From Eledone cirrhosa (taxonomy: Eukaryota), in the NCBI GenBank assembly GCA_964016885.1, contig OZ024743.1:207018001-207082000 (forward strand): a DNA stretch of 64,000 nt, written 5' to 3'. Position numbers and translations under genes: made by a program. Positions 42,270 to 56,640 of this stretch are shown here, in pieces. Positions within the stretch are counted from its first letter, which is position 1. Each line of letters starts with the position of its first letter. Under the pieces are notes generated by a model. It was not told where the DNA came from, made no database searches, and worked only from the letters and a program-made list of their open reading frames with translations.

Positions 42270-45200
42270 GTCAGCTCCAGCATACTGTTCCTTGGTACCA
42301 TATATACACTGCAAGGAGCTCAACCCACTGGTCAGCTCCAGCATACTGATCCTTGGCACCATATATTCACTGCTAGGAGCTCATCCCACTGGTCAGCTCC
42401 AGCATACTGATCCTTGGTACCATATATACACTGCTGGGAGCTCATCCCACTGCTCAGCTCTGATACTGATCCTTGGTACCATATATACACTGAAGGGAGC
42501 TGATCCCACTGGTCAGCTCTGATACTGATCCTTGGTACCATATATACACTGCAGGGAGCTCATCCCACTGGTCAGATCTGATACTGATCCTTGGCACCAT
42601 ATATACACTGAAAGGAGCCCATCCCACTGGTCAGCTCTGATACTGATCCTTGGTACCAGATAAACACTGAAATGAGCTCATCCCACTGGTCAGCTTCAGC
42701 ATACTGATCCTTGGTACCATATATACACTGCTGGAAGCTCATCCCACTGGTCAGCTCTGATACTGATCCTTGGTACCATATATACACTGAAGGGAGCTCA
42801 TCCCACTGGTCAGCTCTGATACTGTTCCTTGGTACCATATATACACTTAAGGGAGCTCATCTCACTGGTCAGCTCTGATACTGATCCTTGGTACCATATA
42901 TACAATACTGGGAGCTCATCCCACTGGTAAGCTCCAGCATACTGATCCTTGTTACCATATATACACTGAAGGGAGCTCATCCCACTGGTCAGCTCTGATA
43001 CTGATCCTTGGTACCATATATACACTGCAGGGAGCTCATCCCACTGGTCAGCTCTGATACTGATCCTTGGCACCATATATACACTGAAGGGAGCTCATCC
43101 CACTGGTCAGCTCTGATACTGATCCTTGGTACCAGATACACACTGAAAGGAGCTCATCCCACTGGTCAGCTCCAGCATACTGATCCTTGGTACCATATAT
43201 ACACTGCTGGGAGCTCATCCCACTGGTCAGCTCTGATACTGATCCTTGGTACCATATATACACTACTGGGAGCTCATCCCACTGGTCAGCTCTGATACTG
43301 ATCCTTGGTACCAGATAAACACTGAAAGGAGCTCATACCACTGGTCAGCTCCAGCATACTGATCCTTGGTACCATATATACACTGCTGGGAGCTCATCCC
43401 ACTGGTCAGCTCTGATACTGATCCTTGGCACCATATATACACTGAAGGGAGCTCATCCCACTGGTCAGCTCTGATACTGATCCTTGGTACCAGATAAACA
43501 CTGAAAGGAGCTCATCCCACTGGTCAGCTCCAGCATACTGATCCTTGGTACCATATATACACTGCTGGGAGCTCATCCCACTGGTCAGCTCTGATACTGA
43601 TCCTTGGTACCATATATACACTGCTGGGAGCTCATCCCACTGGTCAGCTCTGATACTGATCCTTGGTACCATATATACACTGCAGGGAGCGCATCCCACT
43701 GGTCAGCTCTGATACTGATTATTGGTACCATATATACACTACTGGGAGCTCATCCCACTGGTCAGCTCTGATACTGATCCTTGGTACCATATATACACTG
43801 CTGGGAGCTCATCCCACTGGTCAGCTCTGATACTGATCCTTGGTAAGAAATATACACTGAAGGGAGCTCATCCCACTGGTCAGCTCTGATACTGATCCTT
43901 GGTACCAGATAAACACTGAAATGAGCTCATCCCACTGGTCAGCTTCAGCATACTGATCCTTGGTACCATATATACACTGCTGGAAGCTCATCCCACTGGT
44001 CAGCTCTGATACTGATCCTTGGTACCATATATACACTGAAGGGAGCTCATCCCACTGGTCAGCTCTGATACTGTTCCTTGGTACCATATATACACTTAAG
44101 GGAGCTCATCTCACTGGTCAGCTCTGATACTGATCCTTGGTACCATATATACAATACTGGGAGCTCATCCCACTGGTAAGCTCCAGCATACTGATCCTTG
44201 TTACCATATATACACTGAAGGGAGCTCATCCCACTGGTCAGCTCTGATACTGATCCTTGGTACCATATATACACTGCAGGGAGCTCATCCCACTGGTCAG
44301 CTCTGATACTGATCCTTGGCACCATATATACACTGAAGGGAGCTCATCCCACTGGTCAGCTCTGATACTGATCCTTGGTACCAGATACACACTGAAAGGA
44401 GCTCATCCCACTGGTCAGCTCCAGCATACTGATCCTTGGTACCATATATACACTGCTGGGAGCTCATCCCACTGGTCAGCTCTGATACTGATCCTTGGTA
44501 CCATATATACACTACTGGGAGCTCATCCCACTGGTCAGCTCTGATACTGATCCTTGGTACCAGATAAACACTGAAAGGAGCTCATACCACTGGTCAGCTC
44601 CAGCATACTGATCCTTGGTACCATATATACACTGCTGGGAGCTCATCCCACTGGTCAGCTCTGATACTGATCCTTGGCACCATATATACACTGAAGGGAG
44701 CTCATCCCACTGGTCAGCTCTGATACTGATCCTTGGTACCAGATAAACACTGAAAGGAGCTCATCCCACTGGTCAGCTCCAGCATACTGATCCTTGGTAC
44801 CATATATACACTGCTGGGAGCTCATCCCACTGGTCAGCTCTGATACTGATCCTTGGTACCATATATACACTGCTGGGAGCTCATCCCACTGGTCAGCTCT
44901 GATACTGATCCTTGGTACCATATATACACTGCAGGGAGCGCATCCCACTGGTCAGCTCTGATACTGATTATTGGTACCATATATACACTACTGGGAGCTC
45001 ATCCCACTGGTCAGCTCTGATACTGATCCTTGGTACCATATATACACTGCTGGGAGCTCATCCCACTGGTCAGCTCTGATACTGATCCTTGGTAAGAAAT
45101 ATACACTGAAGGGAGCTCATCCCACTGGTCAGCTCTGATACTGATCCTTGGTACCACATAAAGACTGAAAGGAGCTCATCCCACTGGTCAGCTCCAGCAT

Positions 45201-48200
45201 ACTGATCCTTGGTACCATATATACACTGCTGGGAGCTCATCCCACTGGTCAGCTCTGATACTGATCCTTGGTACCATATATACACTGCAGGGAGCTCATC
45301 CCACTGGTCAGCTCTGATACTGATCCTTGGTACCATATATACGCTACTGGGAGCTCATCCCACTGGTCAGCTCCAGCATACAGATCCTTGGTACCATATA
45401 TACACTGCTGGGAGCTCATCCCACTGGTCAGCTCCAGCATACTGTTCCTTGGTACCATATATACACTGCAAGGAGCTCAACCCACTGGTCAGCTCCAGCA
45501 TACTGATCCTTGGCACCATATATTCATTGCTAGGAGCTCATCCCACTGGTCAGCTCCAGCATACTGATCCTTGGTACCATATATACACTGCTGGGAGCTC
45601 ATCCCACTGGTCAGCTCTGATACTGATCCTTGGTACCATATATACACTGCTGGGAGCTTATCCCACTGGTCAGCTCTGATACTGATCCTTGGTACCATAT
45701 ATACACTGCAGGGAGCTCATCCCACTGGTCAGCTCTGATACTGATCCTTGGTACCATATATACACTGAAGGGAGCTCATCCCACTGGTCAGCTCTGATAC
45801 TGATCCTTGGTACCATCTATACACTGAAGGGAGCTCCTCCCACTGGTCAGCTCTGATACTGATCCTTGGTACCATATATACACTGCAGGGAGCTCATCCC
45901 ACTGGTCAGCTCTGATACTGATGCTTGGCACCATATATACACTACTGGGAGCTCATCCCACTGGTCAGCTCTGATACTGATCCTTGGTACCATATATACA
46001 CTGAAAGAAGCCCATCCCACTGGTCAGCTCTGATACTGATCCTTGGTACCAGATAAACACTGAAAGGAGCTCATCCCACTGGTCAGCTCCAGCATACTGA
46101 TCCTTGGTACCATATATACACTGCTGGGAGCTCATCCAACTGGTCAGCTCTGATACTGATCCTTGGTACCATATATACACTGAAGGGAGCTGATCCCACT
46201 GGTCAGCTCTGATACTGATCCTTGGTGCCATATATACACTGCAGGGAGCTCATCCCACTGGTCAGATCTGATACTGATCCTTGGCACCATATATACACTG
46301 AAAGGAGCCCATCCCACTGGTCAGCTCTGATACTGATCCTTGGTACCAGATAAACACTGAAATGAGCTCATCCCACTGGTCAGCTTCAGCATACTGATCC
46401 TTGGTACCATATATACACTGATGGAAGCTCATCCCACTGGTCAGCTCTGATACTGATCCTTCGTACCATATATACGCTGAAGGGAGCTCATCCCACTGGT
46501 TAGCTCTGATACTGATCCTTGGTACCATATATACACTTAAGGGAGCTCATCTCACTGGTCAGCTCTGATACTGATCCTTGGTACCATATATACACTACTG
46601 GGAGCTCATCACACTAGTCAGCTCCAGCATACTGATCCTTGTTACCATATATACACTGAAGGGAGCTCATCCCACAGGTCAGCTCTGATACTGATCCTTG
46701 GCACCATATATACACTGAAGGGAGCTCATCCCACTGGTCAGCTCTGATACTGATCCTTGGTACCAGATAAACACTGAAAGGAGCTCATCCCACTGGTCAG
46801 CTCCAGCATACTGTTCCTTGGTACCATATATACACTGCAAGGAGCTCAACCCACTGGTCAGCTCCAGCATACTGATCCTTGGCACCATATATTCACTGCT
46901 AGGAGCTCATCCCACTGGTCAGCTCCAGCATACTGATCCTTGGTACCATATATACACTGCTGGGAGCTCATCCCACTGCTCAGCTCTGATACTGATCCTT
47001 GGTACCATATATACACTGAAGGGAGCTGATCCCACTGGTCAGCTCTGATACTGATCCTTGGTACCATATATACACTGCAGGGAGCTCATCCCACTGGTCA
47101 GATCTGATACTGATCCTTGGCACCATATATACACTGAAAGGAGCCCATCCCACTGGTCAGCTCTGATACTGATCCTTGGTACCAGATAAACACTGAAATG
47201 AGCTCATCCCACTGGTCAGCTTCAGCATACTGATCCTTGGTACCATATATACACTGCTGGAAGCTCATCCCACTGGTCAGCTCTGATACTGATCCTTGGT
47301 ACCATATATACACTGAAGGGAGCTCATCCCACTGGTCAGCTCTGATACTGTTCCTTGGTACCATATATACACTTAAGGGAGCTCATCTCACTGGTCAGCT
47401 CTGATACTGATCCTTGGTACCATATATACAATACTGGGAGCTCATCCCACTGGTAAGCTCCAGCATACTGATCCTTGTTACCATATATACACTGAAGGGA
47501 GCTCATCCCACTGGTCAGCTCTGATACTGATCCTTGGTACCATATATACACTGCAGGGAGCTCATCCCACTGGTCAGCTCTGATACTGATCCTTGGCACC
47601 ATATATACACTGAAGGGAGCTCATCCCACTGGTCAGCTCTGATACTGATCCTTGGTACCAGATACACACTGAAAGGAGCTCATCCCACTGGTCAGCTCCA
47701 GCATACTGATCCTTGGTACCATATATACACTGCTGGGAGCTCATCCCACTGGTCAGCTCTGATACTGATCCTTGGTACCATATATACACTACTGGGAGCT
47801 CATCCCACTGGTCAGCTCTGATACTGATCCTTGGTACCAGATAAACACTGAAAGGAGCTCATACCACTGGTCAGCTCCAGCATACTGATCCTTGGTACCA
47901 TATATACACTGCTGGGAGCTCATCCCACTGGTCAGCTCTGATACTGATCCTTGGCACCATATATACACTGAAGGGAGCTCATCCCACTGGTCAGCTCTGA
48001 TACTGATCCTTGGTACCAGATAAACACTGAAAGGAGCTCATCCCACTGGTCAGCTCCAGCATACTGATCCTTGGTACCATATATACACTGCTGGGAGCTC
48101 ATCCCACTGGTCAGCTCTGATACTGATCCTTGGTACCATATATACACTGCTGGGAGCTCATCCCACTGGTCAGCTCTGATACTGATCCTTGGTACCATAT

Positions 48201-51200
48201 ATACACTGCAGGGAGCGCATCCCACTGGTCAGCTCTGATACTGATTATTGGTACCATATATACACTACTGGGAGCTCATCCCACTGGTCAGCTCTGATAC
48301 TGATCCTTGGTACCATATATACACTGCTGGGAGCTCATCCCACTGGTCAGCTCTGATACTGATCCTTGGTAAGAAATATACACTGAAGGGAGCTCATCCC
48401 ACTGGTCAGCTCTGATACTGATCCTTGGTACCAGATAAACACTGAAATGAGCTCATCCCACTGGTCAGCTTCAGCATACTGATCCTTGGTACCATATATA
48501 CACTGCTGGAAGCTCATCCCACTGGTCAGCTCTGATACTGATCCTTGGTACCATATATACACTGAAGGGAGCTCATCCCACTGGTCAGCTCTGATACTGT
48601 TCCTTGGTACCATATATACACTTAAGGGAGCTCATCTCACTGGTCAGCTCTGATACTGATCCTTGGTACCATATATACAATACTGGGAGCTCATCCCACT
48701 GGTAAGCTCCAGCATACTGATCCTTGTTACCATATATACACTGAAGGGAGCTCATCCCACTGGTCAGCTCTGATACTGATCCTTGGTACCATATATACAC
48801 TGCAGGGAGCTCATCCCACTGGTCAGCTCTGATACTGATCCTTGGCACCATATATACACTGAAGGGAGCTCATCCCACTGGTCAGCTCTGATACTGATCC
48901 TTGGTACCAGATACACACTGAAAGGAGCTCATCCCACTGGTCAGCTCCAGCATACTGATCCTTGGTACCATATATACACTGCTGGGAGCTCATCCCACTG
49001 GTCAGCTCTGATACTGATCCTTGGTACCATATATACACTACTGGGAGCTCATCCCACTGGTCAGCTCTGATACTGATCCTTGGTACCAGATAAACACTGA
49101 AAGGAGCTCATACCACTGGTCAGCTCCAGCATACTGATCCTTGGTACCATATATACACTGCTGGGAGCTCATCCCACTGGTCAGCTCTGATACTGATCCT
49201 TGGCACCATATATACACTGAAGGGAGCTCATCCCACTGGTCAGCTCTGATACTGATCCTTGGTACCAGATAAACACTGAAAGGAGCTCATCCCACTGGTC
49301 AGCTCCAGCATACTGATCCTTGGTACCATATATACACTGCTGGGAGCTCATCCCACTGGTCAGCTCTGATACTGATCCTTGGTACCATATATACACTGCT
49401 GGGAGCTCATCCCACTGGTCAGCTCTGATACTGATCCTTGGTACCATATATACACTGCAGGGAGCGCATCCCACTGGTCAGCTCTGATACTGATTATTGG
49501 TACCATATATACACTACTGGGAGCTCATCCCACTGGTCAGCTCTGATACTGATCCTTGGTACCATATATACACTGCTGGGAGCTCATCCCACTGGTCAGC
49601 TCTGATACTGATCCTTGGTAAGAAATATACACTGAAGGGAGCTCATCCCACTGGTCAGCTCTGATACTGATCCTTGGTACCACATAAAGACTGAAAGGAG
49701 CTCATCCCACTGGTCAGCTCCAGCATACTGATCCTTGGTACCATATATACACTGCTGGGAGCTCATCCCACTGGTCAGCTCTGATACTGATCCTTGGTAC
49801 CATATATACACTGCAGGGAGCTCATCCCACTGGTCAGCTCTGATACTGATCCTTGGTACCATATATACGCTACTGGGAGCTCATCCCACTGGTCAGCTCC
49901 AGCATACAGATCCTTGGTACCATATATACACTGCTGGGAGCTCATCCCACTGGTCAGCTCCAGCATACTGTTCCTTGGTACCATATATACACTGCAAGGA
50001 GCTCAACCCACTGGTCAGCTCCAGCATACTGATCCTTGGCACCATATATTCATTGCTAGGAGCTCATCCCACTGGTCAGCTCCAGCATACTGATCCTTGG
50101 TACCATATATACACTGCTGGGAGCTCATCCCACTGGTCAGCTCTGATACTGATCCTTGGTACCATATATACACTGCTGGGAGCTTATCCCACTGGTCAGC
50201 TCTGATACTGATCCTTGGTACCATATATACACTGCAGGGAGCTCATCCCACTGGTCAGCTCTGATACTGATCCTTGGTACCATATATACACTGAAGGGAG
50301 CTCATCCCACTGGTCAGCTCTGATACTGATCCTTGGTACCATCTATACACTGAAGGGAGCTCCTCCCACTGGTCAGCTCTGATACTGATCCTTGGTACCA
50401 TATATACACTGCAGGGAGCTCATCCCACTGGTCAGCTCTGATACTGATGCTTGGCACCATATATACACTACTGGGAGCTCATCCCACTGGTCAGCTCTGA
50501 TACTGATCCTTGGTACCATATATACACTGAAAGAAGCCCATCCCACTGGTCAGCTCTGATACTTATCCTTGGTACCAGATAAACACTGAAAGGAGCTCAT
50601 CCCACTGGTCAGCTCCAGCATACTGATCCTTGGTACCATATATACACTGCTGGGAGCTCATCCAACTGGTCAGCTCTGATACTGATCCTTGGTACCATAT
50701 ATACACTGAAGGGAGCTGATCCCACTGGTCAGCTCTGATACTGATCCTTGGTGCCATATATACACTGCAGGGAGCTCATCCCACTGGTCAGATCTGATAC
50801 TGATCCTTGGCACCATATATACACTGAAAGGAGCCCATCCCACTGGTCAGCTCTGATACTGATCCTTGGTACCAGATAAACACTGAAATGAGCTCATCCC
50901 ACTGGTCAGCTTCAGCATACTGATCCTTGGTACCATATATACACTGATGGAAGCTCATCCCACTGGTCAGCTCTGATACTGATCCTTGGTACCATATATA
51001 CGCTGAAGGGAGCTCATCCCACTGGTTAGCTCTGATACTGATCCTTGGTACCATATATACACTTAAGGGAGCTCATCTCACTGGTCAGCTCTGATACTGA
51101 TCCTTGGTACCATATATACACTACTGGGAGCTCATCACACTAGTCAGCTCCAGCATACTGATCCTTGTTACCATATATACACTGAAGGGAGCTCATCCCA

Positions 51201-51330
51201 CAGGTCAGCTCTGATACTGATCCTTGGCACCATATATACACTGAAGGGAGCTCATCCCACTGGTCAGCTCTGATACTGATCCTTGGTACCAGATAAACAC
51301 TGAAAGGAGCTCATCCCACTGGTCAGCTCC
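42270..51330. repeat. Tandem duplication, 4526-bp unit (76 monomers) x2, each copy containing a nested 1249-bp duplication
   Basis: The offset is 4526 for ORF pairs 42332/46858, 42572/47098, 43821/48347, 45070/49596 and 46262/50788. Confidence 0.92.
42640..45140. repeat. Nested tandem duplication, 1249-bp unit (21 monomers) x2, repeated again at about 47166-49666
   Basis: ORF pairs 42810/44059, 43008/44257 and 43406/44655, and again 47336/48585, 47534/48783 and 47932/49181. Confidence 0.9.
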
Positions 51331-53189
51331 AGCATACTGATCCTTGGCTCCATATATTCACTGCTAGGAGCTCATCCCACTGGTCAGCTCCAGCATACTG
51401 ATCTTTGGTACCATATATACACTGCTGGGAGCTCATCCCACTGGTCAGCTCCAGCATACTGATCCTTGGTACCATATATACGCTACTGGGAGCTCATCCC
51501 ACTGGTCAGCTCTGATACTTGGCACCATTATACACTGCTGGGAGCTCATCCCACTGGTCAGCTCCAGCATACTGATCCTTGGTACCATATATACACTGCA
51601 GGGAGCTCATCCTACTGGTCAGCTCTGATACTGATACTTGGTACCATATATACACTGAAGGGAGCTCATCCCACTGGTCAGCTCTGATACTAATCCTTGG
51701 TAACATATATACACTGAAGGGAGCTCATCCCACTGGTCAGCTCCAGCATACTGATCCTTGGTACCAGATAAACACTGAAGGGAGCTCATCCCACTGGTTA
51801 GCTCTGATACTGATCCTTGGTACCATATATACACTGAGGGAGCTCATCCCACTGGTCAGCTCTGATACTGATCCTTGGTACCATATATACACTGAAGGGA
51901 GCTCATCCCACTGGTCAGCTCTGATACTGATCCTTGGTACCATATATACACTGAAGGGAGCTCATCCCACTGGTCAGCTCTGATACTGATCCTTGGCACC
52001 ATATATACACTGCTGGGAGCTCATCCCACTGGTCACCTCTGATACTGATTCTTGGTACCATATATACACTGAAGGGAGCTCATCCCACAGGTCAGCTCTG
52101 ATACTGATTCTTGGTATCATATATACACTGAAGGGAGCTCATCCCACAGGTCAGCTCCAGCATACTGATCCTTGGTACCATATGTACACTGAAGGGAGCT
52201 CATCCCACATGTCAGCTCTGATACTGATTCTTGGTACCATATATACACTGAAGGGAGATCATGCCACAGGTCAGCTCCAGCATACTGATCCTTGGTACCA
52301 TATATACACTGAAGGGAGCTCATCCCACTGGTCAGCTCTGATACTGATTCTTGGTACCATATATACACTGCTGGGAGCTCATTTCACTGGTCAGCTCCAG
52401 CATACAGATCCTTGGTACCATATATACACTGCAGGGAGCTCATCCCACTGGTCAGCTCTGATACTGATTCTTGGTACCATATATACACTGAAGGGAGCTC
52501 ATCCCACTTGTTAGCTCTGATACTAATCCTTGGAACCATATATACACTGCAGGGAGCTCATCCCACTGGTCAGCTCCAGCATACTGATCCTTGGTACCAT
52601 ATATACACTGCTGGGAGCTAATCCCACTGGTCAGCTCTGATACTGATTCTTAGTACCATATATACACTGCTGGGAGCTCATCCCACTGGTCAGCTCCAGC
52701 ATACTGATCCTTGGTACCATATATACACTGCAGGGAGCTCATCCCACTGGTCAGCTCTGATACTGATCCTTGGTAACATATATACACTGCTGGGAGCTCT
52801 TCCCACTGGTCAGCTCTGATACTGATCCTTGGTATCATATATACACTACTTGGAGCTCATCCCACTTGTCAGCTCTGATACTGATCCTTGGTACCATATA
52901 TACACTGAAGGGAGCTCATCCCGCTGGCCAGCTCTGATACTGATCCTTGGTACCATATATACACTGCTGGGAGCTCATACAAATGGTCAGCTCTGATACT
53001 GATCCTTGTTACCATATATACACGGCAAGGAGCTCATCCCACTGGTCAGCTCTGATACTGATCCTTGGTACCATATATTCACTGAAGGGAGCTCATCCCA
53101 CTGGTCAGCTCTGATACTGATCCTTGGCACCATATAAACACTGAAGGGAGCTCATCCCACAGGTCAGCTCTGATACTGATCCTTGGTAC

Positions 53190-56100
53190 CATATATACAC
53201 TGAAGGGAGCTGATCCCACTGGTCAGCTCTGATACTGATCCTTGGTACCATATATACACTGCAGGGAGCTCATCCCACTGGTCAGATCTGATACTGATCC
53301 TTGGCACCATATATACACTGAAAGGAGCCCATCCCACTGGTCAGCTCTGATACTGATCCTTGGTACCAGATAAACACTGAAATGAGCTCATCCCACTGGT
53401 CAGCTTCAGCATACTGATCCTTGGTACCATATATACACTGCTGGAAACTCATCCCACTGGTCAGCTCTGATACTGATCCTTGGTACCATATATACACTGA
53501 AGGGAGCTCATCCCACTGGTCAGCTCTGATACTGTTCCTTGGTACCATATATACACTTAAGGGAGCTCATCTCACTGGTCAGCTCTGATACTGATCCTTG
53601 GTACCATATATACAATACTGGGAGCTCATCCCACTGGTAAGCTCCAGCATACTGATCCTTGTTACCATATATACACTGAAGGGAGCTCATCCCACTGGTC
53701 AGCTCTGATACTGATCCTTGGTACCATATATACACTGCAGGGAGCTCATCCCACTGGTCAGCTCTGATACTGATCCTTGGCACCATATATACACTGAAGG
53801 GAGCTCATCCCACTGGTCAGCTCTGATACTGATCCTTGGTACCAGATAAACACTGAAAGGAGCTCATCCCACTGGTCAGCTCCAGCATACTGATCCTTGG
53901 TACGATATATACACTGCTGGGAGCTCATCCCACTGGTCAGCTCTGATACTGATCCTTGGTACCATATATACACTACTGGGAGCACATCCCACTGGTCAGC
54001 TCTGATACTGATCCTTGGTACCAGATAAACACTGAAAGGAGCTCATACCACTGGTCAGCTCCAGCATACTGATCCTTGGTACCATATATACACTGCTGGG
54101 AGCTCATCCCACTGGTCAGCTCTGATACTGATCCTTGGTACCATATATACACTGCTGGGAGCTCATCCCACTGGTCAGCTCTGATACTGATCCTTGGTAC
54201 CATATATACACTGCAGGGAGCTCATCCCACTGGTCAGCTCTGATACTGATTATTGGTACCATATATACACTACTGGGAGCTCATCCCACTGGTCAGCTCT
54301 GATACTGATCCTTGGTACCATATATACACTGCTGGGAGCTCATCCCACTGGTCAGCTCTGATACTGATCCTTGGTAAGAAATATACACTGAAGGGAGCTC
54401 ATCCCACTGGTCAGCTCTGATACTGATCCTTGGTACCACATAAAGACTGAAAGGAGCTCATCCCACTGGTCAGCTCCAGCATACTGATCCTTGGTACCAT
54501 ATATACACTGCTGGGAGCTCATCCCACTGGTCAGCTCTGATACTGATCCTTGGTACCATATATACACTGCAGGGAGCTCATCCCACTGGTCAGCTCTGAT
54601 ACTGATCCTCGGTACCATATATACGCTACTGGGAGCTCATCCCACTGGTCAGCTCCAGCATACAGATCCTTGGTACCATATATACACTGCTGGGAGCTCA
54701 TCCCACTGGTCAGCTCCAGCATACTGTTCCTTGGTACCATATATACACTGCAAGGAGCTCAACCCACTGGTCAGCTCCAGCATACTGATCCTTGGCACCA
54801 TATATTCACTGCTAGGAGCTCATCCCACTGGTCAGCTCCAGCATACTGATCCTTGGTACCATATATACACTGCTGGGAGCTCATCCCACTGCTCAGCTCT
54901 GATACTGATCCTTGGTACCATATATACACTGAAGGGAGCTGATCCCACTGGTCAGCTCTGATACTGATCCTTGGTACCATATATACACTGCAGGGAGCTC
55001 ATCCCACTGGTCAGATCTGATACTGATCCTTGGCACCATATATACACTGAAAGGAGCCCATCCCACTGGTCAGCTCTGATACTGATCCTTGGTACCAGAT
55101 AAACACTGAAATGAGCTCATCCCACTGGTCAGCTTCAGCATACTGATCCTTGGTACCATATATACACTGCTGGAAGCTCATCCCACTGGTCAGCTCTGAT
55201 ACTGATCCTTGGTACCATATATACACTGAAGGGAGCTCATCCCACTGGTCAGCTCTGATACTGTTCCTTGGTACCATATATACACTTAAGGGAGCTCATC
55301 TCACTGGTCAGCTCTGATACTGATCCTTGGTACCATATATACAATACTGGGAGCTCATCCCACTGGTAAGCTCCAGCATACTGATCCTTGTTACCATATA
55401 TACACTGAAGGGAGCTCATCCCACTGGTCAGCTCTGATACTGATCCTTGGTACCATATATACACTGCAGGGAGCTCATCCCACTGGTCAGCTCTGATACT
55501 GATCCTTGGCACCATATATACACTGAAGGGAGCTCATCCCACTGGTCAGCTCTGATACTGATCCTTGGTACCAGATACACACTGAAAGGAGCTCATCCCA
55601 CTGGTCAGCTCCAGCATACTGATCCTTGGTACCATATATACACTGCTGGGAGCTCATCCCACTGGTCAGCTCTGATACTGATCCTTGGTACCATATATAC
55701 ACTACTGGGAGCTCATCCCACTGGTCAGCTCTGATACTGATCCTTGGTACCAGATAAACACTGAAAGGAGCTCATACCACTGGTCAGCTCCAGCATACTG
55801 ATCCTTGGTACCATATATACACTGCTGGGAGCTCATCCCACTGGTCAGCTCTGATACTGATCCTTGGTACCATATATACACTGCTGGGAGCTCATCCCAC
55901 TGGTCAGCTCTGATACTGATCCTTGGTACCATATATACACTGCAGGGAGCTCATCCCACTGGTCAGCTCTGATACTGATTATTGGTACCATATATACACT
56001 ACTGGGAGCTCATCCCACTGGTCAGCTCTGATACTGATCCTTGGTACCATATATACACTGCTGGGAGCTCATCCCACTGGTCAGCTCTGATACTGATCCT

Positions 56101-56640
56101 TGGTAAGAAATATACACTGAAGGGAGCTCATCCCACTGGTCAGCTCTGATACTGATCCTTGGTACCACATAAAGACTGAAAGGAGCTCATCCCACTGGTC
56201 AGCTCCAGCATACTGATCCTTGGTACCATATATACACTGCTGGGAGCTCATCCCACTGGTCAGCTCTGATACTGATCCTTGGTACCATATATACACTGCA
56301 GGGAGCTCATCCCACTGGTCAGCTCTGATACTGATCCTTGGTACCATATATACGCTACTGGGAGCTCATCCCACTGGTCAGCTCCAGCATACAGATCCTT
56401 GGTACCATATATACACTGCTGGGAGCTCATCCCACTGGTCAGCTCCAGCATACTGTTCCTTGGTACCATATATACACTGCAAGGAGCTCAACCCACTGGT
56501 CAGCTCCAGCATACTGATCCTTGGCACCATATATTCACTGCTAGGAGCTCATCCCACTGGTCAGCTCCAGCATACTGATCCTTGGTACCATATATACACT
56601 GCTGGGAGCTCATCCCACTGGTCAGCTCTGATACTGATCC
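53190..56640. repeat. Tandem duplication, 1729-bp unit (29 monomers) x2
   Basis: ORF pairs 53282/55011, 53520/55249, 53973/55702 and 54352/56081. The same offset reappears at 59305/61034. Confidence 0.87.

Larger units (their letters stand above)
21270..42410. repeat. Large tandem duplication: 11.6-kb copy (about 21270-32870) followed by a ~9.5-kb copy (about 32871-42410)
   Basis: The offset is 11601 for ORF pairs 21529/33130, 22458/34059, 22911/34512, 23553/35154 and 25236/36837. It then steps to 11721, 10948, 10889 and 9524, consistent with the second copy lacking the 773- and 1306-bp internal duplications, plus single-monomer indels. Confidence 0.85.
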
